Of a stretch of DNA of 64,000 nt, positions 1 through 12,232 are shown one piece after another; within the stretch, counting starts at the first letter, position 1, and every line of letters starts with the position of its first letter. This DNA comes from Lama guanicoe (lineage: Eukaryota): NCBI GenBank assembly GCA_013239625.1, contig MU054466.1, positions 992,001 through 1,056,000 on the forward strand, in the 5' to 3' direction. The notes below the pieces were generated by a model. It saw only the letters and a list, made by a program, of their open reading frames with translations. It was not told where the DNA came from and made no database searches. A program made the translations under genes and the position numbers.

Positions 1-2182
1 CACCCCAGCCCTGCCTCTGCTCCCTGCCCCACACAGTTCATGGGGGGGGCCTCCAGACCCCCGAGCGCCTTCTTTACTCTGAGCTCGTCAGCTCGACCAC
101 GCTGCCTCACGTGGACACGAGAAAGCCCGATCCAGGGCAGGGAAAACATCCCACGGGAACGTGGGCCACAGGACGGCGCATTTCCCAACTGCATCTCAGA
201 ACAGTCGGGGTTGCGGACGCCGATGGGGGCTTCGGGCGGCTCTCGGGGGTGGAGTGTTTGTTTCAAGAGTGTGCCTGTTAACTGCACACTGAGGGTCTGG
301 ATCCACGTGTGAGGGGCTCCCAAGAGACTGTCCACAGTCGGCTCTGGGCTGAGCGCGAGGCAGGCCGCACTGGCCGCCTGACCTGAGAACGGACACCTGT
401 AACAGCACGTGGCCCTGCTGACCCAAAGAGGAGGTCTTCTGTGAGCTGCGCTTCCCAGGTAAATAACGTAAGCCCGCGACGGGTCAGCAAGACTGTGAAC
501 GTGTGACCTCAGGTTCTGGCGGTACTTTGTAGCATGCTTTCCTGGGTATCTCAACCCCTGTTTCATTTACTAGTGACTCAGGCCGCTGGCTCTGCCTGTA
601 ATTAAGTGTTAACCTCTGATTTCCAACACGTGGCGCGGCACACGCCCAGCAGCAGACGCGGCTCCTGACGGTCACGGCACAATTTTTAAGTGAGTTTGTA
701 TGTTTATGAACCTTCTTGTAAATATTAAAAGTAGTGATTATTACGACACGTGCCCCTGACGTCTGAACAGCCGCAGCGGAAGCGTCGCTCCCAGTGCCCC
801 CGAGCCCCGGGCGGCAGGAGCGGCCCGAGGGGGCGCTGTGGGGCTGGCCCGGTCCCGGGGCATTAGTCTCTGCTCTTCACCTCTACGTGGTTTGAAACTT
901 TCCACAAGAAAACTACAAGCAAAACCCAAACCCCAAGCCCGCGGAAGCTGGGCTAAAGCATGAGCTGTGCGGATTCCTACATAGGCGGCTGGTAGCGGCG
1001 CCTGTGTCTGGATGCAGAACTCTGGGGCGTCGCGGAGCAACCGGGCTGTCGTGACTTTGATGAATAAAACCTTGGCTTCAGACTCAAATATCTAAAATAG
1101 GCCTGTTCCCTGCGAATTGAAATGCAGCCCCTCTTTGGTTACCAGAGAAGAAAGACGTGTTCTGAAACTAAATTGGGGACAAGAAAGGATTTCCTTAGCG
1201 TTCATGCTGCTAGATTCCTCAGTAGCAATGTTTACTCTTAAAACACGCACGCACGCACACACGCAGCCTGTGCTGTGCCCCTGCCAGCTCTCCCAGGGCA
1301 CAAGCTCCAGGCGGCCCGCTCTGCTCTCCACCCTCAGTGTGGGCGTGCCTGTGGGCGGGCCAGCCGCGCGCGCACTGGGTGTGTCACCTGAGGTCAGCGT
1401 GGCGGGCAGGGGGCCACGTGCCACTTTGCCAAGCGCTCCTAGGGCTTGGGCGGACAGCGCTGTGCTGAAGGCACGAGGCTGTGTCCCGGGTCGCTGTGAT
1501 CTGCTGGCAGAGCTGGGGGGCGACGGGAGACTAGACAAAGGGTGTTTGATCGCCCTGAGGTGGGGTGAGGGGCATTTCTGGCTCATAGCTGCACACTTCA
1601 CACATGGCCCTTGATGACACGGTGTTCCTGCCTCGCGGGCCTGAGGGACTCCTAAGACGAACGGCTCTCTGAAGGCAGGTGTGATGTGATGAGCTTACAG
1701 CCATGAGACTTCAGTACCAGGCACGAGATTACAGACACACAGACACACACACACGAGGCAGGAGCCAGCCTTCCTAGGGGCCCTGTGCCCCCAGGCAAGC
1801 GGCCACCAGGGGAGGACCCCTCAGATGTGAACGGGGGCACGCCAGGTAAACTAACCCGTGAGGCACGTCCCTGTACTCCTGCGACTTGTCTGTGAGCCTG
1901 AAACGCCAGCAGAAAGTTACGAGAATCTTTAAAAATGCCGCGAGGAACGGCTTCTTCGCAGCCTGTGCTACTGCTCCGCTCCTGAAAGGTTAACTGCCAC
2001 GAGGACCGTCCAACCGCCACACACAGCGGGAAAGCCAGGAACCCGTGACTCTGCGCTGGAAGCACTTGCTCCGAGTTTCTGAGCCGTGGTGGAGGAGGCC
2101 TGAGGGCGCCCGGCGGTCCCCGCGGGGACTGTCACAGCGGGACCCGGGACACGAGAGCTCCGTGGGGACGCCCCCCACGTAC

Positions 2183-2301
2183 CTTGTAGGCAATGCTGTT
2201 GAGCACCTTCATGGCCAAGTCGGAAACGTCCGGGTAGGGGTCCGCAGCCAGATGCAGCAGGACTCTCCAGATCTGAGTGTAGACGCTGTTGAAGGAGACC
2301 C
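2183..2301 (-). CDS. RPTOR: RPTOR exon 21 equivalent (119 nt): (G)VSFNSVYTQIWRVLLHLAADPYPDVSDLAMKVLNSIAYK
   Basis: Acceptor ctctcctag|GG, donor AAG|gtacgt; manual translation (not present in the ORF track). Confidence 0.96.
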
Positions 2302-5300
2302 CTAGGAGAGAACCGGAGAGGCTCCATCACGACGAGCCGCCGCTGCGGCCGGGCGGGCCAGGGCGGCTCCCCTTCTGAAAACCGGACCAAGTACTGGGGG
2401 GAGACAGTTGAAAGAACTGGGCTGAGAGAGGCCCGGTTCTGTCACCTGGTGCGGGGCCCAGAGACTCAGGAATGCCCAGGGCTAAAGAGGCTGGATCTTT
2501 CCAGAAGGAGAAGTCAGAAAGGGGCAGGACCTCCTCGCAGCCTCGCGACTGGAGGGCACCGCCCAGCCCCGGAGCGGCGCTGATTTAACGCCTAGATTTC
2601 TGGGAGCTCCGTGGCCTCGCGAGCAGGGCGCATTGGCCGGGTCCACCCTGAGTCTGCATCTGGGGCCTCTCTGGGCTCTGTGACTCACTCAGTCTTCTGC
2701 CCACACCCGCCTGCGGCCCGTCCCGAGCTCCAGGAGCCCCCGGGACCCCAGGCACCCAGCACTTCCCGAGTGTGCTCTCCACACGAGGGCCTCTGCGTAC
2801 TGGGGGCCAAGGCAGGTGAGACAGGACACAAACGAGATGGGCGAATCGTGGTCACGAAGGAAAGGAATGTTTACGTGGGGGGCAGGCTCCCCCGTGAAGG
2901 CGGCTCACGGTCCTGGCCGCAGGCATCAGCCCCGCCTCATAGCAGAGGACAGCCAGGCCCAGCGTCCAAAGGATGAAGGGTTGCAACGTGCACTCAGCTG
3001 ACCCTCAGGCCAACACCGCCCCACAACCCGGGCTGCCTTGGCAGCTACACCCGTGGGCAGGGTGGCTCCTTCTGTCAGAGCAGGACCTGGAGGGTGGGGA
3101 GCCAGCCACACGCCCGCGTCCTTTGGGTCTGGGGGAGCTGGACAACCTGTCAAAAAGCCAGTGCCTGTCCAACAGCAGGGAATAAAAGAAAATGGGACCC
3201 CCATGCCCCCTGACCCCACGCCCCCGGACTGGCCAGCTCCTGGTGGAGCCCCGCCAGGGCCACGAAGGACTTAAACACCGGAGGTGCCGTCGGAGGCCCA
3301 TGTTCCCTGATGGACACCACTGTTCATGGACCGGGTTTTACACGACACGTTCAGATCAGAGAGGCTGGACGGAGGTTCAGAGTGAAGGTCGGTTTCTCAC
3401 GTGAGTCCGGCGTGGACCCTCACGGACACGTCCTAGCTCACCTCAACCAACACCCTCTCGCTCGCCCGGGAGGCGGTACGGCTCGGGGCCCCTTTCTACG
3501 GGGACAGCGGTGTCCGCATGCGCACAGCGGCTGCCTGCTGCACGCGCCCGTCCCCAGGGCACCGGAGCTGGAGGAGCCGACCCCTCACCGGTGGCTGGTG
3601 CACGTGGCACCTGCCTCCGCACGGCCCTCCCGCACCCTTCAGTGTAGAAACAGGACAAAAACCTCGACTCTCCAATGTGAGCAGCTCTCCAGACTGACGG
3701 AGCCTGAGGGGATGCCTGCCAGTCAGTCCAGAATCTCTGCAGGGACGTTTCCTAAAAGCTGCCCCGCCACCCCCAGACCGGCCGCGGGGGCACCTGCTCG
3801 GTGACGTGCGGGCCAGCTGCTGCTGCTTCTTGTGTTCAGAGAGGAGGAGGGCGAAGTCACCCCACACCTGCTCGGCCGGGACGGCCCCGACTCCCGAGAC
3901 ACAGCACGGCCACGGGCGCGGCTCGCTCAGGACGGGGAGAAGCGCCCCGCACCACACCCCCACGCGAGGCTCCGAGACTCCCCACACCCTTCCCGCCCCT
4001 GGCCTCCCCGCGAAGGGCGCAGGAGTCTCAGCCTGACTGCAGATGATGGACCCGGGGCAGCGGGCGGCGTGGGGAAGGGGGGACGTGGGCCTCCAAGGAG
4101 CCCCCGACCGGGTGATGGCTCAGGACAGAGCCTTCGTCAAGGTGCCTCTGGTTTAAACGTGAGGAAGGGGTGCGGGGTGGCGTGGGGGGTCCCAGCTGGG
4201 TGACCTTGGGACACAACGTGGGGGTGGCCGATGCAGAGCCGGGGGGCACAGGGCCCCCCCAGGGGAGTCTGGGCACTGAGGGAGGGTGCACGCTGGCGGC
4301 TACCGTCACTACAAAACTGCAGCTTCGGTTTCTGCCGTTGACTTTCTTGCAGATTTTGACTTTGCTGCCACACGGTCTGTGATTCAGCAGGGACACAAAA
4401 GCATCTCATTCCTGTGAGTCTTTGGCCACAGTGACTGGTGCACAATTTACCAGTGAAAGCACAGAACCGGGGCCTGGAAGGGCTGTCCCCGCCTCACCCC
4501 TCCCCGGGCTGGCCACCACCTCTCGGCCACTCTGCTCTGTGAGCCACGCTGGCTGTAAATCTGCTGTGTCCACATCGCAGCAGTCCGACTCCCGGCAGCA
4601 TGGAGCCCGGGCCGGAGCGAGGGCGGGGGGCGCGGTCCCGGGGCGGGGCTGGGGCGGGGCCGGGCGCGGACACGGGGCCCCGGCTGGCTCTCCTGAATTC
4701 CCCATAAACGCTGAGAGCCTATTTTTGTGTCTAGACTGAAAGTAATAAAAGATCGTAACTAACGGCTTTGGGATTCATTTTTCAGAACAACGACTGCAGT
4801 TTTCTAAATAGCATCCTTTGCAGGGAAGTTCGCTCGGGGCGCTGTGGCCAACCAGCTCCCAGGGGTCCCTCGGGGCGGGAGAGCAGCTGAGGCGGAGGCA
4901 AAGCTGTGCTGGAGGCTGGGTCTTGGGGGCGCTGGCGTGGGCGCTCGGTCGGGTGACGGGGACGAGGGGCCCTCCAGGAAGCCGCCCCGGGTCTTGGTGA
5001 GCCTGACTCAGAGCCCCTCTGGGGTTCCGGCTCCCCTCCCCGCTCCCCGGCTGCACTGGGCAGCGTGTCTCCACGGCCCTTTCCAAGTGCTGATGCACTT
5101 AGTGGGGGCCTTCGATCCAGGGTTTTGGCCACAGAAACACAGAGAATGCGCAGCATCGTAACCAGCGCTGCTCCCGACGCCTGGCCCGGAGCGCCTGCCC
5201 GCCCACCCGCCGGCCAGCGCGTGTGGCTTCCCCTCCTTGGCCCAGCTCTGCCCTCTTCCAGCTCCTCCCTGACACCCAGAGCTCCCGGCCGTGGGGTCCG

Positions 5301-7790
5301 GAGCTGCAAGAAGGTCTCCTCTGTTGGGGATTCCTGACGCCAGGCGGAGAAGGGGGAGGGAGGAGGGAGAGGCTACTTCCTGGCCAGTCACGATGACGTC
5401 GGGGGACGCAGCGACACCCCAGCCGCAGGCAGAGGCTCCGGAGGCGGGCAGGGGCCAGACGCCGACCACAGGCGCCCCGCGGGAAGGACAGCTCTGCCTG
5501 GCTCTGCGGGCCTTGGGCGATCCAGGCAGTGCCGGCCTTTCCAGACCTGGGGCAGCTCCTCGCTCTCCTCTGGCCCCAGGCTCTCCAAGCCCAGTCCACG
5601 TGGCTGGGGGCGGGGGCTCTGGCCTGGGTGCTGGGTTTGAACCCTGATCTCCCCTCCCCGGCAGCGGCAGTCTGAGGGTGGTGGGAGCAAGAGCTGAGGC
5701 CCAATCCTGGGTGGGCCCGGAGGTGGGAGGGCTGGCTGGGGGACCCACGTGGCAGTCAGGCCAGGTGGCCAAGTGGGTAAGAGACACACAGGATGGACCC
5801 ATCAAAGAAGATTCCGGAACGTGGTGACACAGAGCCGGGTCCCCGTGCAGATTTATGGACGCCGGGCAGACGCATGGGATCTGGGAGGGCGGGGCTTCGC
5901 TCCAATGACACCTCCCTCAGCAGGTGAGACCGCGAGCAGACGGGGAGGGCCTGGTCTTCTGGGAGAAGACGGAATGAATGGACGTCTAGTTGCTGTGGTT
6001 TTGAAACCCTCTTCTGCAATATTCAAAGAGGCTAAAGAGATTGCTGTTCTTTGGTTGAAATGAAAGGAAAAATGGCTCTAAATAGGCAAATGTTGCAAGC
6101 AATGGGATTGTGTGCAGGTTAGGAATTTTAAGCACTTATGTAAGCACCGCGGCTTCCAGGTGGAAGGGAGCCTCTCACCGAATACGAATGAGCTGGCGCC
6201 GGGGTCCAGGTACTCCGTCGAACCAGCGCCCCACGAGCCCCAGCGCATTCGGAAACTTCTCCACTCAAGCTTTCAAAGATTTGAACGATGCCCAGATAAA
6301 ACTCAGTGCTCCCCAGTAAAACATGTTCAGGAGTCAGACTGAGCGCAGAAGAGGGCTCTCAAGTTCCAGAAGGACGCGCAAGGGCTGGCAGGGGTGGCCG
6401 TGCCCTCCAATCAAACACCAACCCTTCCCCAGACACCCTCAGCCCAGGGCCAGGGCAAAACGACACTCACCCGTCAGACACCGAGCTGTGTCCCCGGCGG
6501 GGTCGGGGCCGTGCGCTCACCCCGGGCACGTGCGCCTTGCACACCAGCGCCCGACTCCGGGCCCGCCAGGCTCAATGGCGGCAATGCCGCGGCTGGGACC
6601 TCTGTGGTCACCTCTGGTGTCGGGGATGCCCACGAGGCACTGAGGACACCCGGCGGCAGGGAACGCTGCAGGACAGGGGACCTTCTGCTCTCAGCGGCCC
6701 CACGATGATGCACCCGCCCCTCTCCCTGTGACACGCGTGCTCAGAAGCCCACGTCTGACTCTGTGGAACGTCCCTCTCTTGCTGAGCAGCTGCACGTCTG
6801 AGGTGGAGGCTGCAGAGGCTGAGAACACAGGGAGGTGCCGGGCGACACGGCAGCTGGAAGCCACAGAAGGGGAGGCTGCAGCCAGACGAGGGTCTGGGGC
6901 GGAGGCAGGCGGCCATTCGGAGAACCCGGACGGGCCGGCTGACGAGGGTGCGGCTTGGGCAGGCGGCTGGGAGGAGGGGCGGGCTGCCGGACAGATGCTC
7001 TGGGGACAGAGGGTCACAGGTGACACCTGGCTTTGGGCCCCTTGGCTGAGTGGAGGGAGGCCCGCTTTCGGTGTAGGGAGTGGACGCCCCGGGCTGGGGC
7101 CACCACCATCCTTCCTCCACACACTGGGGCCCGGAGAAAACACCTGCTGAACGAAGGAAGGGACCCCACGTTCCGGGAAGAGCGGGAGGAGGCGGTCTCC
7201 ACAGGATGTCCCCAGAGGCAGGGGAGCAGGAGGGAAAGCTTGGCAGCCAGGTCCCGCGGGCCTGCGGGTGAACCGTGGCCCGGCCGAACCTCCCCACTGC
7301 AAACCAAGGATGGCCTGTACACTTTGTACGTGGGTGGGGAAAAAATCGAAAGAAAAATGAGGTTCTGCGGCGTGTGAACACCTTATGAAATTCAAATTTC
7401 AGTTCATGAATACAGTCTACCGGAACATGGCCAGCTCCCTTGTTCACACCCTGTCTGTGGCTACTTTGCAACCACAGACACTGTCCCAGCCGAAAAGCAG
7501 AGAATACCCACCACCTGGCGTTTCACAGAGGAGGGTGGAAGGCAGCTGCAGCCTGACCCTGGGGGCAGGCGTGGGGGCTCAGCAGGCGGAGCGCATGGGG
7601 GGAAGTGTGCGCATGAGCACGCCCCTATTTCCCACACTTTTCCTCTACCACTTAATACATGTTTCCATTACAGACATACACGCAGACACGGGAACTGAGG
7701 CTCACGAAGACCTGGGTTTGAAAGACTGCTGTGGGCCAGCCTGGGGATGCAGCCACCAGACCCGTAACTCTGCTAAAGGAAGGTAGTCCA

Positions 7791-7920
7791 GGGGGAGGGG
7801 CAGCTCGGGGCAGAGCCCGGGCTCAGCACGCACGAGGTCCTGGGTTCAATCCCCAGGGCCTCCATTAAAAACAAAAAATAAGCCTAATTACCTCCCTCCC
7901 CGCTAAAATAAATAAATAAA
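7791..7920 (+). mobile_element. tRNA-derived SINE, Vic-1-like (camelid)
   Basis: tRNA-like head with B box ggttcaatcc, then ctccattaaaa...cctaattacctccc and an (aaat)n tail; same architecture as the copy at 51.3 kb; family name from recall. Confidence 0.8.
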
Positions 7921-8999
7921 CGAAATCAAGGCCGGGTTCTTTAAAAAGAAAGAAGGTGTTCCCACTCAAGCCAGACGTCCTGGTGCTGGTGGGCCTGCAG
8001 CGCCGGGGTCTCCGCTGGCGCGGCTCTGCCTTCGGGGCCCTGGGATATTTCAACAAACGACCAAATGCGCAGACCCGCAGCGTTACTTCTCAACTTGCAC
8101 TGACAGGCTGGCATTTCTGAGCGGACCTCTTTGTTATGTGCGAGTGCTGGGTGAACAAAGAGCCCCTTTCTGGCCTGTTGAACAGTCCCTAACCCTGGAC
8201 CCTGCAGTCCCTCCCAGTCCCCACGGGTCCTGCAGAATCAGAGCCGGAGTCCCGAGTCCTTCCTGGGGCCACACAGGGACCCCCCCTCGGCCCCCACAGA
8301 TCACGACGGTCAGAAGCAGCTCGCGTTGTCACCAGTGCCCAGAGCACGCTCTGCGGTGGACGGGTTCCCACAGAGACGCACACACAACCAAGATCGGACG
8401 TTAATGAAGGTCGTGCGGCCGAACAGGAGGGTGACTGATGGCGCAAATCACTGCAGAAGTGGGAACGGAGGGGCCTAGCGGACACGTGAGCTCAACCTCG
8501 CCATCATCGAGGGACACAGCTGACACCACGGCGAGTGCGTCCCTGTCCCTCCCTCGGATCTCCCGAGCCCACAGCAGGGCTGGGACACCGCTCAAGGCCG
8601 AGCACGGACGACTCTGCCCCTTCACCGGAACTTCAGGTGAAAGCACAGAAGGGTTCGGCCGGTCCAGCCCAGAACCTGAGAGGGAAGGCTCTGACCTCTG
8701 ACCTCGCACATGCACTCTCTAGGGGGCCCCGTGCCTCTCAGACGCCAGGAGCCCCTCTGTCCCGTGTGACACCCTGGGTGTCTCCTGGGGGCAGAGACCC
8801 CACTCGGGGGCAGCAGGGAGGTCTGCAGCCTTTTCGGCGACGACTAGCTCCCCCCGACAGCCCGGTCAGACCGGAGTTGAAGGGCGAGGAGGCTCAGCCG
8901 CCTGGGAGGACGGCCCCCTGGCCTCCCCCCACTCCCCCGTGCTGATTCTCCAGCCGACCGGGCCCAGCGCAGCAGGGCAGGCGGGCGGGGCCGACTCAC

Positions 9000-9158
9000 C
9001 GATGAGGGAGTTGAGGGAGGAGTAGGAGCTGACCCGGCGCATCTTGTCGATGGTCTCGAAGGAGAGGATGTACTCCTCGTTCTCGGGGCTGCCCAGGGTG
9101 CTGCTGGCGCTGCTGCTGGTGCTCAGGTTCCCGGGGGAGAAGGCCACCGTGCCGCCGG
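9000..9158 (-). CDS. RPTOR: RPTOR exon 20 equivalent (159 nt): (S)GGTVAFSPGNLSTSSSASSTLGSPENEEYILSFETIDKMRRVSSYSSLNSLI(G); includes AMPK site S792 (codon 9025-9027)
   Basis: Acceptor cccggcag|CC, donor G|gtgagt; peptide within ORF 8866..9147. Confidence 0.97.
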
Positions 9159-9405
9159 CTGCCGGGACAGCGCCGCGGGCAGGTCAGTGAGCGCCCCCAC
9201 CCCGGCTCTCCGCGGGGCCGGTGCGCCCCAGGAGCAGCCGGGCCCTGACAGGCCTGCAGGGTGACTGCCGGCCACCCGGGTGCTGAGCCGCGGCTTCTGC
9301 TCACACCCAGGTTAGCAGGTGGCAGAAGTGGGGGGCACGTTCAAGAGAAGGTTCCAGAAGACCACCCAGAGCCGCCCATCAAGCCCCCAGCCTCCAGGGC
9401 CTTAC

Positions 9406-9546
9406 ATTCCTCTGTCAGGCTCAGGTTCTGCAGAGACTTGTTCAGGTTTCTAGCTGTGGTGACGGCGCGGATGTTTCCGTAGGAGCTCACGGAGCGCAGC
9501 CTGGGGGTGCAGGGGCTGTCCCGCACCGGGGTCAGACTCCCACCCT
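9406..9546 (-). CDS. RPTOR: RPTOR exon 19 equivalent (141 nt): (E)GGSLTPVRDSPCTPRLRSVSSYGNIRAVTTARNLNKSLQNLSLTEE(S); includes AMPK site S722 (codon 9482-9484)
   Basis: Acceptor cctgccag|AG, donor T|gtaagg; peptide within ORF 9341..9526. Confidence 0.97.
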
Positions 9547-10279
9547 CTGGCAGGAGAGAAGGGAGAGGAGGGTTAATGGGGGCTCAGGAGGGAGGTGGCC
9601 GTGACAGCAGGGGACAGTGGCTTTCCCAGGGACGACATGATGCTTCAGTAGGGCCTCCCAGCGGGCAGGTCTCTGACACGGGTGTGGGGGTCAGCTGGAC
9701 AGAGTTGGACCAGGTGAGGCCCAGGCGAGGGGAGCGTGGCGGGGCTGGGACCCTGCTTATTGCTCTAAGGGGTCAGCTGCAGCTGCTCACACGCACCGGG
9801 GCCCCTGAAGTGCCAGGACCGCTGCCCGGGAGCAGAGCAGAGGACCCTCCCCGGCCTCTAGCCCCCGGCACGCCGGCCGCTTCCCTTCCCTGATGGACTG
9901 AACGCAGCAGGGGGAGAGACAGCCCAAGATGACGGGACATAAATCTGGTAAAAAGGGTAAGCATGAGAAAAGGAGCTGCCTGACGTGGCTTGCCAAAACG
10001 TGAGACAGACACCGACGTGAGGACTCTCACGGAAGATAGAACGTGCTCTTTTGTGACCCCAGAAGGAAAAGAGTCAGAGGGTCAGAGCGAACCCCTTCCC
10101 TGCCCCTTCTGCTCTGCCAGGAAGACGGGCCTCGCAGGAATCCGAGCAGCCTGGACTTAACGTGTGAGCTCGGGGCGCGGCAGAACCGAGGGGCCTACTG
10201 ACAGCCCTGAGCAGGCGCCCCGGCCGGGCGGAGCCGTGCAGACGTGTGCCCGCAGGGGCTGCATCTGTGGGGGCCGTAC

Positions 10280-10397
10280 CTGCGGCGGCTGGAGAGGGCA
10301 GCGGGTAGTTCTTCTCCTCCTCCATGAACTGCAGGGCCACCGTGCAGAAGTTGCTCTCGTACTGAACCACAAGATGACTCAGCGCCACCACTAGCTC
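10280..10397 (-). CDS. RPTOR: RPTOR exon 18 equivalent (118 nt): ELVVALSHLVVQYESNFCTVALQFMEEEKNYPLPSPAAA(E)
   Basis: Acceptor ctccggcag|GAG, donor G|gtacgg; peptide within ORF 10074..10511. Confidence 0.97.
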
Positions 10398-12119
10398 CTG
10401 CCGGAGAAGGGACAGCAGCACTGACGGGATGGCAGAGATGCGCACCTGGGCGCCGAGCGCTCGAGCCAGCACGGAAGAGGAGGGGGAGACAGAGCTGCGC
10501 TCGGACCACAACAGGGCTGCCCGCTCAGCGAGGCCCTGCAGCGCCCGTGTGGGCAGAAGGGCTGAACAGCCACGTGGTCAAGGCCCCCCTCGGAGGGACG
10601 CTCTGGACACCGGCAGAGGCACTGCTGACCGCGAGGGGTGAGCGGCACGACTGAGGGCCTTGTAGGGACGCAGGACAAAGGCCAGGGAAGAGCCCTCCGG
10701 CTTCCTACGGTCAACACTATGGCCGGGCTGACGACGGTCCTGACCAGACCGACAGCTGGGAGAGCGTGTGCTCCCCGGGCATCACGGCGGGCCTGTGCAC
10801 ATGAAGCCACCCTGACTAAATGCAGGACTCCCTCAGGGACAACAGCCCCTAAAACGCAGTGAGGAGGCTCCACACGCCCCCAGGCCCAGCTGCCTCCTCG
10901 AGGAGATGAATTTCGCTCACTGCTTGGGTACAGCCGGTGCCATGTGTGCCCAGAGGCCTGCAGGCTCCAGGAAGTGACCTGGCCGCAGCTCACCCCGCCT
11001 CTCCCATCACTAGTCAGGTGGTTTCCAGAACTGTCTTACTGCGCTGTTTAGAAAAGCGCTTAGCACAAGGCTGAGGCCTGAGAGCCCCTTCCTGCTGCGC
11101 AGACCCCCGCCCCCCAGGCCCCAAGTTCTCGGCGGCAGCCAGCCCGATGGGCGTGGGACGGGGCCCGGGTCCTAACGTCAGCACCCCTCCTCTTCTGCGA
11201 GGTCCCTCCCACCTCAGCCTCACGCACTCCTTGACCACCCCCCACCCCGGCATGTGTGTCCTTACTCCAAACCCACCCCTCGAGGGCCCGCCTCCCGTAG
11301 CATTCCAGGATGGCCACGCGCTCCCCAGAGCCCACACGACTTGCCCAGGACCTGCTGGCCCCGCCCCTTTCCGCTCGCCCCATAGGCACCCTCGTCTGTA
11401 CCAGGAGCAGAAATTGCTGGTGGCTCCAGCTGGGCCTTAAGCTGCCCTGTCCCACTGCTCCCCAGCGGTTCTGCCCTCACCTGGCAGGTCCGAGCCTAAC
11501 GACCCTGAGCAGCGGGATGTTGAGAGGCCCCGTGGGCCCCTCCTGGAGAAGGCGAAGCCTGTACCGTCTTCGAAAAGCGCTTGGTCTCTCCACCCTCTGG
11601 AGTGGACCTGAGGCAGATTAACTGGTTCCAGGGACTCAGATCCTTTGATTCGGGTGAAGTGGAGATGGGGGGAGGCTGAGGGCAAGGCCCACACGGAGCA
11701 GCCATGGGTCAAGTCTTTCCTGCTGGGCGGCAGCCTTGGGCTCTGGCCATCAGAGGTCTTCAGAGGCCTGCAGTCGGGTCTGGCCAGGGTGCAAGCTGGG
11801 CGCCAGGCTCGCGTTAACCTTAGACCTTGGAAGCAGACTGACTTGGTGCTGGCACCATCAGACGTGAGACCCTTTCCTGGCAGAGCCGGTCCCGCCTCCT
11901 CCACGCTCCAGACCTCCGGCTCACACTCAGAACACGCAGGCCTAGCCCGCACAACCCGAGAAGCCAGGACTCCTGCTCTGGGCCTAGGCACCCGCTGTCC
12001 CCTCAGCCTGGAAAGGCTCAGCCCCGCCTGGTTCAGGCCTCGCTCAGGTGCCTCCCCAAGCACCTACATCACCCAGGCTCCCCCAACTCTACCATCCCCG
12101 ACCCTCCTTCGGAGCAGTC

Positions 12120-12232
12120 GCCACCTTCAGATCAACACCTGTCTGCCCGTCTCCAAGTGCAAGTTCCGGAGGCCTAGCGGCCCAGGGCCCGGCACACAGG
12201 AGGCACTTAACCAGTATCTGCTGACGAATTAA
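12120..12232 (+). mobile_element. L2 LINE 3' end remnant
   Basis: cccagggcccggcacacaggaggcacttaaccagtatctgctgacgaattaa resembles the L2 3' terminus. Confidence 0.55.
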
